Assembly (NCBI GenBank): GCA_014377905.1
Contig: JACMOQ010000474.1
Coordinates: forward strand, 1-27,561
DNA from: Acetobacteraceae bacterium
Lineage (GTDB): Bacteria; Pseudomonadota; Alphaproteobacteria; Acetobacterales; Acetobacteraceae
DNA: 27,561 bases
Reading direction: 5' to 3'
The notes under the pieces are model-generated. The model made no database searches. It was not told the DNA's origin and was given only the letters and a program-made list of their open reading frames with translations. Shown here one piece after another: positions 11,357 through 19,380 of the stretch (position 1 is the first letter of the stretch; each line of letters begins with the position of its first letter). The translations under genes and the position numbers were made by a program.

Positions 11357-11462
11357 CGCGTGGGTCCCGCGGGCGCTGTTACGAGACGAACATGGCTTGG
11401 GTTGTCAGGGATGGCAATTTTGGCCAGCTTGGAACCGCCAGGGGAAAGCTGTAAACAGCGGC

Positions 11463-11900
11463 ATGGACAAATTGCCGTGCCGCTTCCTGTCGCCACCACG
11501 CCTGATTATCGCCAAGCAATTCCTGCGCTTTGGCACAGTTGGCTTTGTAGGTTTCTTATTCGATGCCGGTACGATTTATGCCAGCAAAGCATGGGTCGGT
11601 CTCTACATCGCCGGGATCATTGCCTATGTGGTTGCAGCGACAGTGACTTGGTGGCTGAACCGGCAATGGACATTCCACGGCCTTGGTGGCGGTGGATCGG
11701 TCATTAAACAATGGGCGGCGTTCATGTCCGCCAACTTTGTGGGCTTTATTGTCAATCGCGGCATTTACATGCTGCTGATCACTTTCAACGCGTTTTGCGC
11801 CGCCCATCCGGTGTTCGCGGTAATGGGGGGGATTCCGGCCGGGATGATCTTCAATTTCAATCTGTCGCGCCGGATTGTGTTCCGATCGACGGGCAGATAG
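11463..11900 (+). CDS. GtrA-family lipid-linked sugar flippase
   Basis: [12 protein letters not shown]...[20 protein letters not shown]. Start moved from 11250 to ATG 11463 (145 aa) to avoid overlapping selB. Confidence 0.88.
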   Translation: MDKLPCRFLSPPRLIIAKQFLRFGTVGFVGFLFDAGTIYASKAWVGLYIAGIIAYVVAATVTWWLNRQWTFHGLGGGGSVIKQWAAFMSANFVGFIVNRGIYMLLITFNAFCAAHPVFAVMGGIPAGMIFNFNLSRRIVFRSTGR

Positions 11901-11948
11901 CGTTGGTCTGCTTAGATTCTTAAGGCGCTACCGCAGGAGATTGTTTTG

Positions 11949-13538
11949 ATGTGCGACCTGACCCATACTGCACAACCGGCGTTCGCCCCGCGGTTCAACC
12001 ATGTCTCCACCATGCTGGCGGTCATTGTTGCCGGCGCGTTCTTGCTGCGCCTGGTTTTTGGGGCAGGCATGTCAGGCAATGACGATCTTACCCTGGGCAA
12101 TATCGCCCTCGCATTGCTCGAACGCGGTCCGGAACTGCCGAAAATGCATTATGAAGCCCGGCTTGGGCTGACCTATCCGCTTGCTGCGGTGTTTTGGGTG
12201 TTCGGGCATGGTGTTTGGCAACTCATCCTCCTGCCGATGATCTTCAGTATGGCGGGGATTTGGCTGGCGTTCTGGATTGGACGGGATTTATTCGATGCAC
12301 AAACTGGGCTGGTCGCCGCCGCTGTCGTTGCGTTTTATCGGATGGATGCGCGCTTTGCCGCGCTGTTTTTCCCTGACATATTTCATGGCGTTGCCATGGC
12401 CGGCGCATTCGCGCTGGCGCTCGCCGCCCGGCATTCTCCACGCGGAGATCTGCTTGCGGTCATTGCCGGAACCGCTTGGGCCTATGCTTACTACGTCAAG
12501 GTTGATGCTTTTTTCCTGTGCTTTGTGCTTTTTTACGCGGCCATGGCGGGCTTCGTTCTTTGGCGGCATTTGGCCATTGTATTTTGTACAACCGGTGTTC
12601 TGGTTGGTGTCGAACTAGCAACATATGGATTGATGCTGGGGAGGCCATTTTATCATGCGGAGTTGGACAAAATCGCATCCAATGAGATTGGGGCGGAAAA
12701 ATATCAGAACATGCTGGCAATCCCAAAAGCGATGTTCATTACGGTATATTCGACGGGTCTGAGCTTTTATCTATTGGTATTTTCAATTGTCGCGGCCGTA
12801 CTGCGCAAAAATTGTGCAGCCCAGATGCTGACTGCCTATGTGTTAGTGTTTTTTCTGTGGATATATTTGGGGGTTGACCCGTTCGGCCCGAAAATTGTCG
12901 GGAAACCTCAGCTTGCGCGCTATTTGGAGGTCTTTGCGGTGCCAATGGCGGTCTTGAACGGCTGGGGTCTAATGCTGATCTATCGCCGATTTTCTCGGCC
13001 TGGCGCGGTGGTCATCAGCGTATGCGCTGCCATGATCGCGATCGCGTTCATGGCATTCGACGGGATAAGCTTCCAAGCCGCCCGCGCCACCCGCGACGCG
13101 CTTGCCCGCATTCAGCGCGACAATTTTTTCCCATTGCATTCAGATTTCCAAAGTGGCGGGATCATCGAGTTTTTGTTGCGCGGCACTCCGCATCAAAATG
13201 ACTACACTGATATTCAGTCTTACGACTTTCTAACCGGCAAGGGCGCATTCAAGACAATTGACAAGGACCGTGTATACCTGCTGATCAATCGCGAATACAC
13301 CGAACGTCTGGAGGCCAGAAGTCGGCTGCCGCCGCTGGTGCCGGAACGTTTTGGCATGCGGGTTACGCCAGTCTTCACCATCGACCATCCGCTACCGGCA
13401 TTCGACTACTCGGTGATGCGGGGACTTGCTTGGCTCGCGCAATTCCTGCCGATCCCGGCGATCCGCGACCAGATCCTGCATACCGCCGCCGATAACCTGC
13501 GCCCAGCGACGGTCACGGTTTACCGACTTGACCGGTGA
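11949..13538 (+). CDS. ArnT/PMT-like GT-C membrane glycosyltransferase
   Basis: First-loop GNDD acidic pair, FFPD, YYVK, ARYL, roughly ten or more hydrophobic segments, and a soluble C-terminal domain; GGAG SD 9 nt before ATG 11949. Confidence 0.78.
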   Translation: MCDLTHTAQPAFAPRFNHVSTMLAVIVAGAFLLRLVFGAGMSGNDDLTLGNIALALLERGPELPKMHYEARLGLTYPLAAVFWVFGHGVWQLILLPMIFSMAGIWLAFWIGRDLFDAQTGLVAAAVVAFYRMDARFAALFFPDIFHGVAMAGAFALALAARHSPRGDLLAVIAGTAWAYAYYVKVDAFFLCFVLFYAAMAGFVLWRHLAIVFCTTGVLVGVELATYGLMLGRPFYHAELDKIASNEIGAEKYQNMLAIPKAMFITVYSTGLSFYLLVFSIVAAVLRKNCAAQMLTAYVLVFFLWIYLGVDPFGPKIVGKPQLARYLEVFAVPMAVLNGWGLMLIYRRFSRPGAVVISVCAAMIAIAFMAFDGISFQAARATRDALARIQRDNFFPLHSDFQSGGIIEFLLRGTPHQNDYTDIQSYDFLTGKGAFKTIDKDRVYLLINREYTERLEARSRLPPLVPERFGMRVTPVFTIDHPLPAFDYSVMRGLAWLAQFLPIPAIRDQILHTAADNLRPATVTVYRLDR

Positions 13539-13598
13539 CGATCCAAAGCCGATGCAGACAGTCTTTCGTTGGTTCTGTCGCCGGTAACGCACTGCTTA

Positions 13599-14548
13599 GA
13601 GTCCGTCCGGAAGGTTCATATAGGATTACAGAGCCTTCTTAGCATCATTCGGATTGATGCCAATCGGATGAACGCCACCGCCATACGAGTGAGGTTCTCG
13701 AAATCTTTTGCCAATCTCCGGCACCGGTTCAGCCAGGCCAGCGTCCGTTCAACCACCCATCGCTTCGGGATGATCACAAACCCCTTTGCCTGATCGGATC
13801 GTTTGACGATTTCGACCGAAAGTTGCGGCATTACCGACGCAACAGCGGACGCGAATTGTGGCCCCTGGTAGCCACCATCAGCAAACAGCTTGTGCAGGAA
13901 TGGATACATCCCAAACAGCGTCGAGATCACCAACACGCCGCCATCTCTGTCCTGGATATCGGCCGGGTGAACAACCGCGTGCAGCAGCAACCCTATCGTA
14001 TCGACAAGGATATGCCGCTTCTTACCTTTGATTTTCTTGCCTGCATCATAGCCATTCGGGTCGATGCAGGCCCCCCTTTTTCTGCGCTCTTGACGCTCTG
14101 ACTGTCGATCACACAGGCGGAGGGGCTGGCCTCCCGTCCGGCATGGTCGCGGCACATCATATAGAGCACGTGGTGGATTTTCGACAGCGTGCCGTCGTAG
14201 TTCCATAGATCCAGATAGTCATGCAGCGTGCTTTTCGGCGGCAAATCCTTCGGGATGTACCGCCACTGGCAACCGGTGCTAAGCACATACAGCAGGCCGT
14301 TGACCAACTCGCGCTCATCCTTCTGCCGCTCCCGGCCGCCGCGCTTGGCAGGCGGTATCAGCGGCGCGATCAGCGACCATTCGTCGTCGGTCAGATCACT
14401 CGGATATCGCAGATTGCTGCGGTCATGACGGGCGCGGGTTTTGGTCGTCCACATGGTGGCCTCGATGATCGGTGCGAGGCATGGACTCACACATCAATCG
14501 AGCCGCGCAAGGGGATTCAAATGACTCGCAAACCTCCCGGACGGACAC
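13599..14548 (-). mobile_element. IS5-family insertion sequence (IS1031-like), 950 bp, apparently intact
   Basis: 18-bp terminal IRs with 2 mismatches: GAGTCCGTCCGGAAGGTT (13599-13616) and AACCTCCCGGACGGACAC (14531-14548). TA on both flanks (13597-13598, 14549-14550), giving an empty site CTTAAG. Confidence 0.92.
13616..14454 (-). CDS. IS5-family transposase in two frames joined by a -1 frameshift (279 aa if fused)
   Basis: OrfA from ATG 14454 (GAGG SD): RYPSDLTDDEW...TGCQWR...IDSQSVKSAEKGG. OrfB: KRGACIDPNGYDAGKKIKGKKRHILVDT...ADGGYQG...KRWVVERTLAWL. The junction is A5G6 (minus strand, 14071-14081). Confidence 0.88.
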
Positions 14549-14588
14549 TAAGATACTCAATCAACGAAATCAAAATTAAATTTCCAGC

Positions 14589-17500
14589 TTACCGCCTCCA
14601 CCAGCCCTTCTTCGGCGCCGCGTCGGGTGATGGGTCGACGCCGACCATGATCGGTTTCAACATCTGGACCGAATCCGAATCCGTCTCTGGCACCGACGCT
14701 AGGATGACCAGACCCGATTCAGGGGCCGCCATGACGACCGATTCGAAAACTTCTGATGCCGCTGGCGCAGGCTTTTGGGGTAAAATTGCGGCTTGCACTG
14801 GTTCCTCCGCTTCCTGTTGGATCAGTTTCGCACCAACGATTTCGGGTTCGGCGCCATGGGCGGATAAGTCAACTACGGACACTTCGATCACTGATTTGGC
14901 GGTAGCCGCAGCCACGTCGGTGGATTTTAGTTCCACCACCGGCACCATTTCCTGAGGAGCCGTTGCATCGACGGGGGCCGGACTAATTTCGAATAAACCT
15001 TGGTCTGATGTGGGATCTGTCGCCGATTCCGCGTCGATTTCAGCTTCGGCTGCCTCGGCGCGAGCCATTAATTCAAAGATATCGACAACTTCCCGATTTC
15101 CGCCTCCATCAAATTGGACAGGGCCAGTATAGCTCGGCACACCGTCGGCTTCGGCGGGCGCGCTTTCGTTACGCCCGTCACGACGTCGGCGCGGACCATT
15201 ACGGCGACTGTGCCGGAGGGCACGCGGGTGTCCACTTTCGTCCAACTCATTCGGATCGACGTCGGGTTGTCTGGCCAAGGCGGGGTCAACATGAGCTTCA
15301 GCCCCGACGGCCAAATTATCAGCTATTTCACCATCTGTGCCGGGTTCGTCACTGCTTTCAGCGCCAGCTTGAGGACTGCTATCTTCGCTTCCATCTCGGC
15401 GTCCACTCCGGCGCCGACGGCGACGACGCTTTCCCCGTTCGGCTTCCTCGGCTGCCGCGGTAACATCCCCAGTGGGCGCCGCCTCACTACTAGCGACGGG
15501 TGCCCCCCGAACGGCTTCTCCCGAATCGGCACTGTCATCGTCAAAGATCAGATCGTCGTCATTATCGAAAATATCATCATCGGTGATCGGCGCATCCGCC
15601 ATCAACACTAGGCCATGGCGCGGGCGCGGGCGTTCGTCTTCCGTCAATGGTGGCCGCAGCCGGTCGATGCGTACTTCCGGCGGGATCAGGCTGTCATCGG
15701 GGGTGAAGTGCACGAACATGCCGTAGCGAGCTTCAATATCAATCAACCGGTCGCGCTTGTGGTTAAGCAGATAAAGTGCCACGCCACCGGCAACTCGCAC
15801 CATGATCTGGCCGGAACGCTGCCTGGCGCCTTCCTCCTCGATCGCGCGCAGCACATGGATGGCGCTGCTTTCAGTGCTGCGGACATGGCCCAACCCGCTG
15901 CAATGCGGGCAGATCACAAAGCTGGTTTCGGCAAGGCTCGGACGCAGCCGCTGGCGGCTCATTTCCATAAGACCGAAATGGCTGATTTGGCCAACCTGGA
16001 TGCGGGCGCGGTCGTTCTTAAGCGAGTCCTTCAGCTTGCGCTCGACCATGCCGTTATGCTTACGGCTTTCCATGTCGATGAAATCGATCACGATCAACCC
16101 AGCAAGGTCGCGCAGCCGCAACTGGCGGGCGACTTCCTCGGCCGCTTCCATGTTCGTGCGCAAAGCGGTTTCCTCGATCCCGCGTTCCCGGGTCGAGCGC
16201 CCGGAGTTCACGTCGATCGCCACCAAGGCTTCCGCCTGGTTTATCACCAGGTAGCCGCCGCTTTTAAGCTGGACGGTGGGGGACACCATGGCATCAAGCT
16301 GGGCTTCGACCGAGTAACGCGCGAATAGCGACTGGCCGTCCTGGGTTTGCGGACGCCACGGGATCACTTTCTTGGCGTGGGCCGGCATCAGCATACGCAT
16401 AAAGTCGCGTGCCGCTTTCCAGGCCTCGGCGCCGTCGACAAGGATCTCTTCCACATCGCGCGAATAGACATCGCGAATTGAACGCTTGATCAGGCTGGCT
16501 TCTTCGTAAATCAATGCCGGCGCCGAGGATTTCATCGTGTTTTCGCGGATATCATCCCACAGCCGCATCAGATATTCGCCGTCGCGCTTAATTTCCGTCT
16601 TGGGACGGGCGGCCCCGGCGGTGCGCACGATCAGCCCCATGCCTTGCGGAATTTCGAGTTCGGCGGTGATTTCCTTCAAGCGGCGGCGATCGGCGGCGGA
16701 CGTGATCTTGCGCGAAATGCCGCCCCCGCGCGGCGAATTCGGCATCAGCACACAGAAACGCCCGGCGAGCGAGATATAGGTTGTTAGTGCCGCACCCTTG
16801 CCGCCGCGTTCTTCTTTGACCACCTGGATCAGCATGATCTGCCGACGATGGATGACTTCCTGGATGCGGTAATTGCGCAGGAAACGCGCGGTGCGGCGCT
16901 GGCGGGCCTCTTCGGCGCCATTGCCTTCGAACGTGTCGCCTTCGCCACCCAACGATTCCGGCATTGGCTGTTCTTCGCCGCCATCATCGCTGTCATCGGG
17001 GTCAACTTCGTCGACCGTGGCATCTTCGCCCACGTCAGCTGCGATGTCTGTCGGTTCGGGATTACCGAGATCAGAGACCGGCGCGGCGAGTTCCGGCGCC
17101 GCTGGCTCGACTGCAAACAGGTCACCTTCCGGGGTCGGCGCGTCATTCAGGGCGCTTTCGGTTACACTCGTTCCAGGCATCGGCACTTCGCCAAACTTAA
17201 CCTCGCCGAAGCCGAGTTCGCCGAAGTCGTTCTGGGTGGCCTGAGTTGTATCCATCACTGCGGCCGAGCCGCCCCGGCGACGTCCACGCCGACGCGGCGC
17301 GTCGATACGTGCCGCTTGCGCCGGGGCCGCCGGCGGTTGTTCGTCCTCAGCGTCTTCGCCTTCTTCGTCGGCGCGGGCTTCTTCTGCCTGCAGCGCGATC
17401 AGGCGCTGCCGGTCTGCGATCGGGATCTGGTAATAGTCAGGATGGATTTCGCCGAACGCCAGAAAGCCGTGCCGACCGCCGCCGTATTCAACGAAAGCCG

Positions 17501-17666
17501 CTTGCAGCGACGGTTCTACCCGAACCACTTTGGCGAGGTAGATGTTACCCTTTAGCTGCTTCTTGGTAGAACTCTCGACGTCGAAATCTTCGAGACGGTT
17601 ACCGTCCAGCACCACCACGCGGGTTTCTTCCGCGTGCGTGGCATCGATCAACATACGTTTGGTCAT
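14589..17666 (-). CDS. rne: Ribonuclease E
   Basis: Start MTKRMLIDATHAEETRVVV (moved from 17879 to 17666); KGNIYLAKVVRVEPSLQAAFV, KEERGGKGA, IDVNSGR, IDFIDM, Zn-link CPHCSG, long disordered C-terminal half, terminal KKGWWRR; 1025 aa. Confidence 0.97.
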   Translation of the reverse strand: MTKRMLIDATHAEETRVVVLDGNRLEDFDVESSTKKQLKGNIYLAKVVRVEPSLQAAFVEYGGGRHGFLAFGEIHPDYYQIPIADRQRLIALQAEEARADEEGEDAEDEQPPAAPAQAARIDAPRRRGRRRGGSAAVMDTTQATQNDFGELGFGEVKFGEVPMPGTSVTESALNDAPTPEGDLFAVEPAAPELAAPVSDLGNPEPTDIAADVGEDATVDEVDPDDSDDGGEEQPMPESLGGEGDTFEGNGAEEARQRRTARFLRNYRIQEVIHRRQIMLIQVVKEERGGKGAALTTYISLAGRFCVLMPNSPRGGGISRKITSAADRRRLKEITAELEIPQGMGLIVRTAGAARPKTEIKRDGEYLMRLWDDIRENTMKSSAPALIYEEASLIKRSIRDVYSRDVEEILVDGAEAWKAARDFMRMLMPAHAKKVIPWRPQTQDGQSLFARYSVEAQLDAMVSPTVQLKSGGYLVINQAEALVAIDVNSGRSTRERGIEETALRTNMEAAEEVARQLRLRDLAGLIVIDFIDMESRKHNGMVERKLKDSLKNDRARIQVGQISHFGLMEMSRQRLRPSLAETSFVICPHCSGLGHVRSTESSAIHVLRAIEEEGARQRSGQIMVRVAGGVALYLLNHKRDRLIDIEARYGMFVHFTPDDSLIPPEVRIDRLRPPLTEDERPRPRHGLVLMADAPITDDDIFDNDDDLIFDDDSADSGEAVRGAPVASSEAAPTGDVTAAAEEAERGKRRRRRRRSGRRDGSEDSSPQAGAESSDEPGTDGEIADNLAVGAEAHVDPALARQPDVDPNELDESGHPRALRHSRRNGPRRRRDGRNESAPAEADGVPSYTGPVQFDGGGNREVVDIFELMARAEAAEAEIDAESATDPTSDQGLFEISPAPVDATAPQEMVPVVELKSTDVAAATAKSVIEVSVVDLSAHGAEPEIVGAKLIQQEAEEPVQAAILPQKPAPAASEVFESVVMAAPESGLVILASVPETDSDSVQMLKPIMVGVDPSPDAAPKKGWWRR

Positions 17667-18192
17667 CAGTCTGTACTCTCTGGTAAGCCGTCGATCGGCG
17701 CGCGACCTTGTCGGCAACCCGTATTTGGGCAGCCAACGGCGCGCGCGGGCGACGGCGAAGACAAGGGGGGAGAGGCAGGGCCGATTGCAGGGAAAGCTGG
17801 TAGAAAAATGTCGCCGAACCAAGAACAACGCCCGCCAGCGCCCGAACTTGGGAGCGGGGACCTGTGGTCCCGATGGCAACAGGCGTGGTGTTAACGGTCA
17901 TGCGACCCAATCAATGCAATCGGGTGCGCGGCGTTGCGGCCGCGCCTGCCCCGGTGGAAATCAGTGCCGACAGTGCCTAGCGGGCGTTCCTGCCTGCTGG
18001 GCGCCATCCCCGCGACGGCGCCTGGCGGCCGTTGTCTCGGCGCGCGGCGGATGCGGGTGGCAATGCACTGGCTCACGGGACTTCGGACCCAGCCGGCGCG
18101 CACCGCCGAAAGCACAAGCAACTTGCCGCAAAGCGGGGGCCAGGGCAAGGCAATTGTCCTGCGGTGCAAAAAGACCGCGACAGTCTGCAACA

Positions 18193-18221
18193 AACTTATG
18201 CCACCGAACGTTCATATTCAA
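18193..18221 (-). promoter_or_regulatory. Candidate sigma70 promoter for rne
   Basis: On the minus strand: TTGAAT (18221-18216), 17-bp spacer, TAAGTT (18198-18193), in the AT-rich end of the rne/amidase intergenic region. Confidence 0.45.
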
Positions 18222-18231
18222 CGTTCAACGT
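18207..18231. repeat. Short direct repeat AACGTTCA x2 (13-bp period) plus a partial third copy
   Basis: AACGTTCA at 18207-18214 and 18220-18227, AACGT at 18227-18231; the two full copies contain the palindrome AACGTT. Confidence 0.55.
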
Positions 18232-18261
18232 GCATAATTGAAAGTGATATGTTAAGAGATA

Positions 18262-19083
18262 ATGATGAATCCTGGCCCGGCCCCGATGCTGCTGCGCCGC
18301 CGTCTCCTATTCGGGGCGGGGTTGCTACCTAGCTCGTTCGCAACGGCCGAGGCCGCGCAACAAAAGGCCAACAACCACGCGCCCAAGCCTGCTGGCCCAT
18401 TGCCTCTGGTGATGCTTGACCCCGGCCATGGCGGGAAGGATCCGGGTGCGATTGGCGTCTCCGGAACTTTCGAAAAACACGTGGCGCTTGCCGCCGCGAT
18501 GGAATTGCGCCGCCAGATGGTCGCATCAGGCCGTTATCGCGTCATGCTGACCCGTACCCGCGACGTGTTCATCGCGCTCGATGACCGGGTTGGCTTGGCG
18601 CAACGCCAGGGGGCGGCAGTGTTTGTCTCGATGCACGCCGACGCGCTCGCTGACCGCACCATTCGTGGCGCCAGCGTCTATACATTGGGCGACGTCGCGT
18701 CAGACCGGCAAAGTGCAGATCTTGCGGTGCGCGAAAACGCCGTCGATCGAGCAGGCGCGGCCGGCATGCCAGATCTCGCCCGCATCCTCGGCAGTCTTGA
18801 GCGCCAGGAAACCAACGCCGGATCGGCGCGCATGGCCCGCACCATGGTCGCTGCGCTCGGCCAAGACCTGCCGCTGCTAAGCCATCCCCAGCGCCAGGCG
18901 AGCTTTGCAGTCTTGAAAGCCGCCGACATCCCCAGCGTTCTGGTCGAAATGGGCTTTATGTCTAACCGCGACGACGAAGCCGCGCTGCGCAAGCCCGACC
19001 ATCGCAAGCTGGTGGCGACGGCGATAAAGCGCGCATTGGATAGGTTTTTTGTCGCGCTGGGGCGGGGCATGTTAAGTGGATGA
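18262..19083 (+). CDS. amiC: N-acetylmuramoyl-L-alanine amidase (Amidase_3), AmiC-like, Tat-like signal, no AMIN domain
   Basis: LDPGHGGKDPGA, FEKHVAL, VSMHAD, VLVEMGFMSN (Zn ligands H/E/H plus catalytic E); N-terminal LRRRLLFGAG; position divergent from rne as is usual in Alphaproteobacteria. Confidence 0.92.
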   Translation: MMNPGPAPMLLRRRLLFGAGLLPSSFATAEAAQQKANNHAPKPAGPLPLVMLDPGHGGKDPGAIGVSGTFEKHVALAAAMELRRQMVASGRYRVMLTRTRDVFIALDDRVGLAQRQGAAVFVSMHADALADRTIRGASVYTLGDVASDRQSADLAVRENAVDRAGAAGMPDLARILGSLERQETNAGSARMARTMVAALGQDLPLLSHPQRQASFAVLKAADIPSVLVEMGFMSNRDDEAALRKPDHRKLVATAIKRALDRFFVALGRGMLSG

Positions 19084-19380
19084 GCGCGCTGAACACAGAA
19101 CCAATTTAATTTGACGCAAAAATCAATACCAGCTTCGTCCGCAACGCCTGATTGGCACTTGCTGGCGAATGAGGCTGTCGAGATATTGATCGCCGACAAT
19201 TTACCCGACCGTTGTAAGGTCTATGTTTTGGAGGGGTCTACGGCGAAATTCGTGCGATGGCAAGATCACCCGACGACGAGGATCTGGACGTCTCCTGAAA
19301 TCAGCGATTGCTGAACTTAATACGGCGTTTCATATCAAAAGGACGTGTGCGACCTGGGCATGATTATCAGGCCGGGTATC

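Noticed and set aside
9406-11462. Possible selC tRNA-Sec or selA fragment next to selB
   Set aside because: The flanks are only 88 and 106 bp, with no cloverleaf, UCA anticodon arm or SelA-like translation.
13539-13596. Possible terminator after the GT-C gene (GACAG...CTGTC)
   Set aside because: Only a 5-bp stem with a long loop and no U-tract.
14221-17569. Many 100-240 aa + strand ORFs over IS5 and rne
   Set aside because: Antisense ORFs expected in high-GC coding DNA; no motifs.
17891-18332. ORFs in the rne/amidase intergenic region (17891..18193, 17934..18332, 17961..18221)
   Set aside because: Low-complexity Arg/Pro/Ala-rich translations overlapping each other on both strands, with no SD; better explained as leader and promoter DNA.
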